From NCBI RefSeq assembly GCF_006345805.1, contig NC_042997.1, positions 181,102,001 through 181,166,000 on the forward strand: a DNA stretch of 64,000 nt. The letters run 5' to 3'. The stretch's first letter is position 1, and every line of letters begins with the position of its first letter. The notes under the pieces are model-generated. The model was not told where the DNA came from, ran no database searches, and worked only from the letters and a program-made list of their open reading frames with translations. A program made the translations under genes and the position numbers. Shown here piece after piece: positions 52,273 to 64,000 of the stretch. The DNA is from Octopus sinensis. Its lineage: Eukaryota.

Positions 52273-52650
52273 AAGGCGCATAGCCTAGGGATTAATGGTT
52301 TTGTACTCGCGATCGCCAGATCGTGGGTTCGATTGCCGGAATGGGTGGTGTGGTGTTGTGTGTTCTTGAGCAAAACTCTTAATTTCACGTTGCTCTAGTG
52401 TTATATGGGGAGCGGCATGGGATAAAAATAGACCCAATATTTCTACCACGTGTCGTAAGAGGCGACTAAAATTTGAACTCCGACCTCGTAGAACTCTCAT
52501 CAGCAACGACTACCTATAAAAGACCCATGTTGGAGAGTTGACACCTGAGTAGTGCAATGACGTCATCTGTCAAGAGAAGGGTATCACCAATAAGAGGTGG
52601 ATGGAGCAACACGCTGTTACAGCACATGACCCCATACTAATACTACTACT
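52273..52650 (+). mobile_element. Diverged tRNA-derived SINE with (TAC)n tail
   Basis: B box GGGTTCGATTGCC, CORE-like GTTCTTGAGCAAAACTCTTAATTTCACGTTGCTC, and GTGTCGTAAGAGGCGACTAAA motif. Confidence 0.6.
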
Positions 52651-53090
52651 ACTACTACTTAATTTCTGAGCTAAAATTCAACACATTCACACTTGCATAT
52701 CTCATTCGTTGAAAAATATGCCGGTAGGACACAGGGGGGAAACTTTACGAGTAAAAACAGCAGCCTAATCTCGCTCAAATTGTTCTTCAATCTCAAAAGA
52801 GTAAAGACGTTATATTTGACTTCCTCGGAATCACACCCTGTCTTTAAAAAAACCCAGAAAGGACAAATCTTACATACAATCAACGGCACTACAAATAAAC
52901 CTACCCTGTCTGAAGAGACGAGATGTTCACGCCTTGAATGCTTTTGACCGTTTATGTCTCTTCAGGGATGATATTTGGGGTGGAGTGGGGACCTATTGGA
53001 TCGTCTGAAGGACAAACTGAAATATGTAGACAAACTAAGTGCTGCAAAAATATGGGATAATCATATTTGTCATATTTACTTTTTTTATGT

Positions 53091-53400
53091 GAAGGCACAA
53101 TGGCCCAGTGGTTAGGGCAGCGGACTCGCGGGCGGAGGATCGCGGTTTCGATTCCCAGACCGGGCGTTGTGTGTGTTTATTGAGCAAAAACACTTAAAAG
53201 CTCCATGAGGCACCGGCAGGGGGTTGTAGCGACCTCTGTTGTAATCTTTCGCCACAACTTTCTCTCACTCTTTCTTTCTGTTTCTTGAGTAACGCTGCGA
53301 TGGACTGGTGTCCCGTCCAGCTGGGGGGCAATATATACGTCACAGAAACCGGGAAACCGGGTCCATAAGCCTGGCTAGGCTTGAAAAGGGCGACGTTTAT
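53091..53400 (+). mobile_element. tRNA-derived SINE (head type 1, GAAACCGGGAAACCGG tail)
   Basis: TGGCCCAGTGG A box and GGTTTCGATTCC B box; body as in 3969. Confidence 0.88.
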
Positions 53401-54123
53401 CGTTATTTATATATTTTTGCACCATTGATCATAAATCCGACGGATCGGAGTTAAACTAGAATAGTAAAATTTTGCCCAATGCTTCACTCTTTATCACAAT
53501 TAAAAGATGACAATTAAAATAAATTTGCTGCCATATCTAATATGTTCAGGTCAACTCTAATAAGACACATCTACGATTAAAGGAGTCGAGCTTTTTCGTT
53601 TGGATAGAGATTCTAGAGACGCATGATTCAACTATTCAGTTTTTAAGAATGTAGGATGCAATTTTGAAGGGGATTTAACCATTATTTCGAGCAGATGGTG
53701 TGATCGTTTAATAGTTGAACTCTTGATGAAACCATGAAATTCTAAGATCTGGTGAGCTAGTTTCCTGTATTTGTTTTAATTTGGAAATATACAACTGTAC
53801 TGTACAATCCAGATCACATATATTGATGCGAACGTGTACGTATGAAAAAAGGTTGCGAAACAGTAGGAATCCTATGGAAGTCACGGAATTAAATAAATCT
53901 ATATTCGCCCCGCATACCTTCTGACTTGATGTTATTTTTTTATATATATGTTATTTTTTATATTATATAGAATAATATTATCGGAATATCTGAATTACCA
54001 TTTACATGGGTACTTTACATTGCGCTGTAATTGTTTATTTTGTGGCCTGATAGCTGAGTCAGTACGAGGACCTTATTGTGATAGCCGAATACTTTTCTGA
54101 ATCCATATCTTATACAATCCATT

Positions 54124-54234
<111 letters not shown>

Positions 54235-54925
54235 GTATTTTTATACCGTATAAATATATAGAATTGTCAGTTTCATATGATATTCAACAGGATTATTGAC
54301 TTCAAAACTTATAAGTTAAAAGTAGAATTTAGCCCAAATTCAGCTTGAAATGATATAGTAGCATGCAGTATTGAAAAGTAGCATATTCCTCATTTCAAGC
54401 TGAATTGACAACCCCGCAAGCCAAGAAATTTTACTGATTGAATCCTTTGTATTTATTAATTGACGATGCAAATTTCCTCAGACCTCAAAGAGTTATATAT
54501 ATATATATAGTTGGCTGTTTAAGCTCAAGTTTTCCGTTCCTTTGTATCAAGATATATAAAATTGTTTCTATTCAGTATCTGGATGGATTTACTAAATAAA
54601 CTGAAGAGTAAGTGGACGCTTTATTGTACTTAAATTGCACGTGTCATGTTCACAAATAACTGATTTCTGTTCCCAAGTATTTTCCGTTTACCCTTCATCA
54701 ATAGAGTAGATACTGCGAAATGCTGCAGCTGGTCCAAATGTTAGTCAATATCCACCTCAGTACAACTAGATCACTGAAGCGCGAATATAAATAGATATTA
54801 TAACTTGCATATGAGAAAGCAGGAGTAGTACAGCACTCTTCAGGATATTATTACTATGTCCCTTTATTAAATATTTATTTTTAAATTTTATTTCGCTTGC
54901 GCCATATTCTTGCGACTATTATATA

Positions 54926-56575
54926 CTAGCAGTGGTACCCGACGTTGGTCGGGGTGTGAACACTTCGTCATTCTAAGAACACTTATTTTCTAGTCTAACG
55001 ACCAGCATTGCCGTACTGAATTCCATTCCAAAATGTACCAAAATTCACAAAAACGTACAAAATATTTTTGAAATGTGTCACAACCGCAAAAATAAAGAAA
55101 ACGCCGGTTTTTTCTTAGAAAATTTAAAATATATGGGTGTGTAATGACTTGAAATTGATGAAAATACATATAAAAAAGAAAGAATATTGAAATTCAAAAT
55201 CTGTAAAGCGTATAATGTAGTCAATTTTTCAGTAAACATATACAAAACTTTACTACACGAAGAAAATTTTGAGAGAGAAAATCGGTTGAAAACTGCTGAA
55301 GTTTTTAGAGAAAAACCCATGTAAAATAACGCTTTTCACGTCTTCTTGCTATAAGCGGGAGCTTTGGACAAAATGTTATAGTGCATGACCAGCCTTGGCA
55401 CATCGGCAATGCGTGTGTAAAGTTTGGTGAAAATCGGTTGAAAGCTGTAGAAATGTATACACACTACACAGACACAGACACACAGACATTTGTTGGGAGA
55501 ATGTACAAATACCGTAAAGACAAAAATATTTCCGCACAACAAAATTGAAATATATTGAAATCAATTTTTAGACAGTTGTGGCAACACTGAATTGAAATAC
55601 ATTGGGTGAACAAAAATGAAGAATAACAATTATTTTTCAGAGAGAACGTACAAAAACCGTAGGAATAGGGATTTTTACGCACAACTAATAGAGAATGAAG
55701 TCAATTTGTAGACAAAACTTGCTAAGTTCGTTTGAGAGTATAAAGCTCTAGAAGAAAATAGCTTCAGTGAAAAAAATTGAGCCGCTGTAGGATAGCTTTT
55801 TCTAACGCATCACAGCTCAGTGAGGTGATTGAAATCTCGTTAGTTAGTAATAAAGGCTTATCGGCGGTCATACGTACGCATGCACGATGGCACGCCCAAC
55901 GGTTTTTGATAGAGGGAGAAATGTAAATGGCGTATTTAAATAGACGGAGTGCAAAAAATCAAAATAAGTAAAGTTATGTTGTAGGGAGAACGTACAAATA
56001 CCGTAAATACAAAGATGTTTATACACGAAAAGAATTGAAATACACGGAATCAATTTTTAGGCAGATGAGGCAAAACTGCATTTAAACACATTGGGTGATC
56101 AAAAATTAAAAATAACTCAATTATTTTTCAGTGAGAACGTACAAACACCGTAAGAACAGATATTTTTACGCACGACTAATTGAAATACACGGAAGACAAT
56201 TTATAGACAGACGTTAGTGTGTGAGTGAGTTAAAGAGAGAGAGAGAGAAAAACAGACATAGACTAAAAGAGATGAACTATTACAGGGGGTGAGAGAGAAT
56301 ATGCGTAAGCAAGAGAAACAGAGAATGAAAAAAAGAGAGAGAAGAGAAAAATAAACAGAGAGAGAAAAAGAAGAGAATCGGTTAAAAGTTTTTAGAGAAA
56401 AAACGTGTAAAACATCGTTTTTCACGGTTTCTGGCAAAATGTTATAGTGCATGACCATCCATTGTACATAAGTAATGTGTGTAAAGTTTGGTGAAAATCG
56501 GTTGAAAACTGTAGAAATGCATACGTACTACACACGCAGACATACACACGCAAACATTCATTTATATATATATAT
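54926..56575 (-). mobile_element. Composite non-autonomous Helitron with internal duplications
   Basis: Minus-strand 3' hairpin CCCGACCAACGTCGGG + CTAG|T at 54926; Helitron-like 5' module (CAACCGATTTTCACCAAACTT) twice, at ~55430 and ~56500. Confidence 0.75.
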
Positions 56576-56587
56576 ATATATATATAT

Positions 56588-56791
56588 GAAGGGAAAGTTT
56601 AACGAAAATAAACAAAAGACGAAGGCAGGTGGAGTACAAACAAACAAATGTATTAGTATAGCGCTCAGGAATAGAAAAAGTCTTTTACGTTTCGAGCCTA
56701 CGCTCTTCGACAGAAAGATACACAGAAAAAAAACAAGGAGAGAAACAAGGAGAGAAAAAATGCGTGTATGAGCTAACGATCTACCATGGCG
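56588..56791 (-). mobile_element. Short PLE terminal fragment
   Basis: Homologous to 6220-6320 and 60540-60672. Confidence 0.75.
56681..56718 (-). ncRNA. Minimal hammerhead-like motif, A6U core (copy 2)
   Basis: TCTTT-CTGTCGA-A-GAGC-GTAG-GCTC-GAAAC-GTA-AAAGA. Confidence 0.6.
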
Positions 56792-57755
56792 TTACTAAAG
56801 GCTTTTATTTCCATGTAGCTAGGTTTTGTAAGATTAAAACAATTGTATTATCTCAATATATAAAGGGATCTTTGCAAATTACATTTCTAAACTATCTTCT
56901 TTTATAACTTTTCTTATTCTTTCGCTGACTTTTATCCTCAGATGAAATATTTTACTTGTAGGAGGAAGAATCGGAATAAGAAGAGAAAGCAACAGAGACG
57001 AGAAATAGAAAATATGAATTGAGGGATATTGATAATGTTGAAGCGTTAAAAATACATATAATATTAACAGTGTGACAGTACATTGCTGCATTATAGTATC
57101 AACTGAAGAGGTAAAAAGAGATCAAACATTTATGATTGGCAATATCAATCTATTTTATTTAAATCCAAAGGATGTGCAGTTTGAATTATTGCAGATTAAT
57201 AGAAGATAAGGATGTTCAATTTGATAGAATGTTCAATTTGAATTATTGAAGATTAATGGAAGATAAAATATTGGCGATGAAAATGTATGGATGCAGTCGT
57301 GTGGAGAAATGACTTGGATAAGTGTTTAGTACATTAAATTATGGATTGTGAGAAAATCAAATGAACATATCTACTACGTTGATCAATCAATCACGATGAT
57401 ATATAGCAGAAAACATCGTCTGTGGTAAAAAAAAAAAAACTTCAGCCATACTGTTTCATCGTAAAACAGATTGCCAACGTCCAAGTAATATAGCATCTTA
57501 ATCACATACACTTTTTTTAATATCAGCAATTTAATATATTTTATAGAATATACTGCAAAATTCTTGTCGCATTCAACGAAAAGTGCTGCAATATATCTCA
57601 CAGGAGCTTGTTGACAAGAGTTACAGTGAGAACCTAACTTAAACATTTGAACCTAATTTATGAAGCCGTATTTATTCACTTAGCTGATTACTCACATTTC
57701 TCTGTATTCTTTGTCTCCTGTTTTATTATATTGTTTATATAACACTAATGGATAT

Positions 57756-57938
<183 letters not shown>

Positions 57939-58837
57939 TGTATATATGTATGTATGTAAACGTGTTTGTGTGCGTGTATCAGGGACTACATTACTACAAT
58001 GTGTTTTTTTTTTTAGGGAGAATTGGCTGCATTTTGTAGGTTGAGTAATCACGTAAGTCCCAAACAACCTCTGATGTTGAGAACACACTCCACAAAAGAA
58101 AAATCATAAAAAGACTCAGAAAATTAAAATCATATAACCTAATTCTAGAGTCAGAAATCAATATTATATTTTATGCATCCTTCTCGGTTTCACTGCCAAG
58201 TGAACATGACAAAGAATGAGTCAGGAGCACATGACATCATTTTATAAGTATAGTTGATCCGATATATAAGCCAATTGAACAGCCATATAGTTGAAAACGA
58301 ATACATAGTTGATAATGTAAATTGTCCGCTTGGTCGTTCTACAACGATGCTATCAAACTAATAAGTTCTCGAATGTGTATTGTCTTGAACAGATATTCAG
58401 AATGTTAAACGTTATTCCACAAAAGCCACACTTTGATAAGGTTCCCTCAGTGTGGTAGTTATAGCGTTCAAGAAGAGCATTCAAGAAGATATAAAAGTAA
58501 CGTTCAGTTGTTTCTCGCTAAATTTATTCAATATTTCGTCAAAGTTAATAGGAAACCTAAGATTTAGTAAATTAAATACTTCTTGATTTTCTCAGCTATT
58601 GAATAACTTAATCACTTTTTATCTGGTATTTTCATCTCTATTTCCATACGGTTTAATGTATTCAGAATATAAAATAGGAATTTGCATCATACAATTTTAA
58701 ACTAACTAATCTAACAGCTGATATCTAAATTATGTTTATATCGATTGTATGTTAATTGGAAATACAGTGCGTTTTTATTGCTTCCACTTTTAGCATAGGA
58801 ACAGAGTCACATTAAATTGTAGTCAAATTTGGATATA

Positions 58838-59385
58838 CAGTGGTTGGACAAAATAATGGAAACACCTGAAAATTTCAAACAAATTTATTTTGATATGGGG
58901 TAGGACCGCCTTTGGCAGTAATTACAGCCTGAATTCTACGAGGTATGGACTCGTAGTAAGCTTCAATTGTTTTCAAAGGAATTTATGTCCATTCTTCAGC
59001 TAAAACAGTCTCCAGTTCTTGTAGTGATGATGGTGGAGGATATCAACTCCTTAATTGTTTTTTTACTAAAATACACCATAAATGTTCAATAATATTGAGA
59101 TTTGTGGCCAGATAAGATGTTCCACTTCACTACAATGTTCTTCGTGTCATTCAGTAACGACTTTAGCTGTGTGAATTGGTGCAGATAAAATGCTTAGATA
59201 GTCTTGACCATTAATTCTGTCATGAAAGGAAACCATTGGGCTGGCGGATTTCCAAGATATACCCGCCCACCCCAGATCATCACAGAACCTCTTCTGTGTT
59301 TAACAGTTGGAAGAAAGCAGTCTGGGTCAAATTTTTCTTTTGGCTGTTTCCACACGTATACTGGAGAACTAATCCTTCAGATCTC
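58838..59385 (-). mobile_element. Tc1 element remnant (one TIR plus transposase C-terminal part)
   Basis: TA-CAGTGG terminus at 58836-58843; minus strand PDCFLPTVKHRRGSVMIWG...RINGQDYLSIL. Confidence 0.8.
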
Positions 59386-60481
59386 CACCCCTTAATATCT
59401 AAATATCTTATCCCTGTTATTGTATGTATAATAGGACATGAAAATCAAAAACGAAATTGTAAGTATTCATCAACTAATCTAAGTAAATATGAGTTACACA
59501 GAACAGTAGGCATATTCAACACTAACTTATTCCAAAGCAGCAAGCTGTAAGAATCCTTATAGCGTCGAAAAATGCTTTGCGGCATTATTTGCAGTTATTT
59601 ACAATCTGAGTTCAAAACCTGTAGATGTAAAGTATGCCTCTTGTTCTTTCTATGTCGATAAAATAAAGTACCAACCAGGTGGAGGAGTCCATTGAATTGA
59701 CTATTTCCCTTCCATTAAAAATTGCTAGCCCTTTGCCCAACTCAGAAAGAAATACTTATCTACTCCAGAGGATGTAATACTTCCATACGCTCCGCTTATG
59801 GTGAGTGGTAGAACTGGGAGTTTTGTCAAGCACAAATTCTTCAAGAAGCCCATATCATTATCGCATCTTCTATATAAAAAAAAATTCGAGTGTCCTTTAA
59901 TGTAGTCTGATGTGGTTGTCAGCAAGTGTGGAAGTAGAAAAATCTGAACCGATGTATACGTGAATAAAGAACGATTTTTCATTGGATTAGTAAATCTGCT
60001 AGTCCTATTCTCTATTCCTGAATCTTTGCATCCTTTCTCGTACGCATTCTATTGTTATACATAAACGCTACTGACGTCTGAATAGGAATATATAACTACA
60101 GTGTTTTTTTGTGTACTTCTTCAATAATAGTTGTCACTAGGTATCCACGAGAACACTCTATCATTCAGGACCATAGAGGTTGTAGGTTCATCGAGAATAT
60201 GTGGTACGCTAGTATATATGATAAATTCATCCCGTATGTGGGAAGTAGCTACTGTCGCGGCTTAGCTTCATGATGTATTATATTAGCATAAACGGTGATG
60301 ATATACCTCTATTGTCTCTAAAGGAGACAGCTGTTGGTGCCATTATAAAACGAGACGAAAAGTTTGGTGAAGTTTCTCCAAGATTCCTTCAAATTTATTG
60401 TACAGTTACGTTACAATTTAGTTTCTGAGATAATCAATAATCAAATATGTAAAACTGATTACGATGTAAATGATCAATTTC

Positions 60482-60539
<58 letters not shown>

Positions 60540-60541
<2 letters not shown>

Positions 60542-60672
60542 AGAGTTTTCGAAAAAAACAAAAGACAAAGACAGGTGGTGTACAAAACAAACAGATGTAT
60601 AAGTATAACGCTCAGGAATAAAAGAAAAAGCCTTTTACGTTTCGAGCCTACGCTCTTCTACAGAAAGGGACA
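60540..60672 (-). mobile_element. Short PLE terminal fragment inside (TA)n
   Basis: Homologous to 56588-56720. Confidence 0.75.
60631..60668 (-). ncRNA. Minimal hammerhead-like motif, A6U core (copy 3)
   Basis: CCTTT-CTGTAGA-A-GAGC-GTAG-GCTC-GAAAC-GTA-AAAGG. Confidence 0.6.
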
Positions 60673-60770
60673 TATATATATATATATATATACTTTGATA
60701 CTTTGATACTTTGATAGGTTTCGGCCATTATTGGCCCAGGCCATGTCTAACTTAATAGCACCACCTGGTG

Positions 60771-60813
<43 letters not shown>

Positions 60814-62249
60814 AACCCACATACATAATACATGCATATATAATTGTATGTATATATGGAAACGCATTTGCAAGTACACTAATCAACCATAACAATACTA
60901 ACAATACACCTGGTCTTAGATATATCAAACAATATATCAAACAAATATCAAAGTTTCCATGGTAATTCGGATTCCTGTAAATAATTTGAATCATTGAGAC
61001 ACAATTGAGGAATTTGTTACATACAATGTACCCTGTGAAACTCAGTTTCCGTAAACCTATTCGTCTCCACGCTGAAAATGTAGAGATTTTTTAAACTGTC
61101 ACCTCACACAGATGCAATGAAGTACAAGACTAGCTGCTATGAGCAGCGCTGGCTTCGAGAAATTGAAGCGTTAAAACTGCGCTTTTATATTCAATTCTGT
61201 CTTATCTTCTGAACATAATATATATATAAGGCTAACAACAATTCCAAAGAAAGTTCTCCTTATGAATAAAAGAATGAATAGCTTCGCAAAGAATGACGAA
61301 ACGAACAAAATATTTCTTTTTATAAAATATACCTCTTCTATATAAGCTGGACACTAGGAAGACAGCCAGACAGTAGAAACTCTAAAATAGCAACAAATTC
61401 CGATAAATGATTTAAAAAGAAAATTTGAATACTTTCCTCCTTGTAAGTTCGCATTATTTCAATTTAATTATATGGAAATATTTAACATTGTTCAGATTCC
61501 TATAAGAAGAACCGGAATGTTTATTCATTTGATCGACATCTTATATTTCTATCTATCTATCGTTCTATTTATTTATATTTGCCTTTTATCATTTTCTCTC
61601 TTCTTTTTTCAAATATTTATATCGTATAACTTTACGCTGTCATAGTCTTATGTTGATTTAAGCTGTGTCACTGTATTTGTATTTCACCCTCCTCTACTTC
61701 TCTCATTCTCTCTTTCTGTTTCTCTCTCAACCCAGTTCCATCTCTTCCGAATTTTCCTAACAATTACCACTGTTGTTGTTATTGCTGTTTCTATTTTTTA
61801 TTTTTTTATTTCAACAGAATCTCTAGTTTGCCACAGTTACAAGTACATAAGGAAAGTCTTTCACAAAGATAAAAAAGCAATCCTGATTCTTTTAGAATAT
61901 CTAAATTACAAACCAGTTTTAGTTGTTGGCTGCATAAAATCTAATTATTTTAGATATTTGAGAATCCAGTGAATCATGATATTCAAACATAGACAGTTTT
62001 TCCTGTGCAACGATTAGGTCGATAAAATAAAAGAGCCAGTCATAATCTAGTGTCTACTAAACAAGTGTCTATAGTTTTCCCCTACTCTGCTACATTGGCT
62101 CCTTCACACATGAAAAGATAAGTTAAATCATTCGGCCTGGTTGTGTTATATATGTATATATATATATATATATATATGTTAATCTTTAGCAAGAATATAT
62201 TGACAGCGACTTCGAAGTTTCGGACAGCTAAGCCATCATCGGAATGTGA

Positions 62250-62940
62250 TGCATATTAAGATAGTCTTGGCTTTATAAGTCTCTGTTGAGATAAAATTTT
62301 CTTCTGACGTTTGTGGCGTTCACTTGAATGGTAATTAGGTTGTGATGGGGAGGTGTTGCCGAAAAAGTTTTATTGATCAAATGTTGTTCAGAATGCATTT
62401 ATGCGTAACTTTGTAAGCAGGTGTATATATTTAGGTCTGTCAACTTCCGGTCACAGGATAGTTTTTAGTGTTTCACAAAATGGAAGTATGTAAGCAGTTT
62501 GGGGTCAGTGGTTGTGTCGGTAGTTTAACTTATTTTTGGCTTTATTGGATTTAATCCATTGCATTGGTGATGTAAAGATAAAAGTTCAAAGTTTAGTCCA
62601 GCATTCAAAAACTTATTAATTGGGTGTGTCAACTTTCAGAAATGAAATTTTTAAGAGTTCACAAAAGAATGTAATTAGGTGGTACAATTTTGGCCGGACA
62701 GTGCTCTCTTTACTTGCTCGTAATATTATTTAGGGGGTTTCCTGTTTGTATTTTGAAGGTAGAAGTTCTCAATCGTGTATGTTGCTGTGCTTTCATGTTT
62801 ACAATAGGATGTCGGTAGGTGTAAAGAATATTATTCAGTATAATTCATTCTAGGGATTCGTTGTTCTATATGCAATTTGATCACAATGTAGAAATTTGTA
62901 ATCTTTCTATTTTCTGGGGACGGTGTGTCTGGGCAATGTT
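62250..62940 (-). pseudogene. Very decayed PLE-like RT N-terminal half
   Basis: TNFYIVIKLH...IP and LSGQNCTT*LHSFVN resemble the PLE FY.LPK.HK / RPI.SG...T..LS.FVD motifs. Confidence 0.35.
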
Positions 62941-64000
62941 TTTATAAATATTTCTTCAATTTTGTTTCAAATATGGGTAATTTGCAATATATTTCTCTAG
63001 ACCTGTGGATATATGCAAAAGTAGGGCACTTCATGGTAGACTTACTCCGGACGACGGAGTAAGTCTACCACGAAAAACTTAGAACGCAATGAGCCGGAGC
63101 AAATACCGCAAAGCATGAGAATCGACGGTGCAGAAATGCAGGATTCTTTTTCAAGAGTTATTTTTTTATGAAAATATTGAAATAGGATTTTGTGACGTTA
63201 AAGCCATATGGATTGCATTAATAGCTTAACCGAAGCTTAAAGACTGAACCTGCCTTGTGAATTCGACTTGACATAAACATAGTACATCAAGCATGTACTC
63301 CATGAGAACTAGATACCTTTTTCGAAATTGTTTCATTCAAGTGAACTGTCAGAAAGTGAATCTTTGATCCAATTTCCATAGTCTTCACAGAATTACAGAA
63401 ATGGTGATAAATTGAAAATATCAATGAGTTTAACCTATAAGGTCTTAAACAGGGAATAAAATATACCACCAATGTAAGTGACTATATCAATATCATTAAA
63501 ATTTGTTTCTATATATAGAAACGGGTATATATAAAATGGTTGTTTTATATCTGATTATCTACTGTGCAAAGAACCGGATATCTCAATAAGCTTATAACTC
63601 TTAGCATGAAGAGTACGAGTAGAAGCTAACGTTGTTTGGAATAGCACCAGCGTCTCACCTTCAATTTCTTCTGAATATCTGAATATCTGGAGCTTCACAT
63701 ATTCTGTACTTTCCACTTGAAAATACTGTAAATGCTTCAAACCGACAAACACCAAAAGAAAATGTTTATCTTTATCATTATTTCATTTTGATATCTCATA
63801 CTTGTCTTCTGTCTTTAAATAAATGTATAGTTTCCTTACATTAATTATAATGAATGGCTTCTTGTATTCTTTAAATTAATAGGTTATTCACAATTTCCTT
63901 TAACCTCTTCTCTGTATATTGTCAAAAATGATTCTTTTGTATATTATGATAGATGTCTTATGAATGCTGCCAACAGTAGTCTTCTTAATCAATATTGAAA

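Noticed and set aside
52900-52975. CTGAAGA followed by a stem
   Set aside because: It pairs with TCTTCAG as a simple hairpin; no GAAA.
60130-60240. HILDEPTT on minus strand resembling an ABC-transporter Walker B
   Set aside because: No upstream LSGG signature, stop codon soon after, no convincing exon boundaries.
60712-60750. GGCC-AATAAT-GGCC-GAAAC on minus strand
   Set aside because: No CUGANGA core and no valid stem III; followed by an 8-bp tandem repeat.

Overview
Eukaryotic, AT-rich, repeat-dominated window with no recognisable host protein-coding gene. The SINE families and extreme microsatellite load look like an octopus (cephalopod) genome; this is recalled family knowledge, not a database result. 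Most long ORFs in the track are microsatellite artefacts. The real coding remnants are all transposon-derived: Penelope-like elements (PLE; RT and GIY-YIG) at ~0.9-3.7, 5.3-6.3, 14.8-15.5 and 40.9-41.9 kb; R4/Dong-type LINEs; RTE and CR1-like fragments; a full-length but decayed mariner; Tc1, mariner and other DDE transposase remnants; non-autonomous Helitrons; MITEs; many tRNA-derived SINEs; and a 113-bp solo-LTR-like insert. The most notable signal is a set of PLE-borne minimal hammerhead-ribozyme-like motifs with non-canonical cores. Three copies of a CUGUNGA (A6U) variant differ only at N7, H17 and the outer stem-I pair, which covaries between two copies. A second motif has a CCGAAGA (U4C) core and an alternative fold. 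None of these has been tested for cleavage. Coordinates of decayed elements are approximate.
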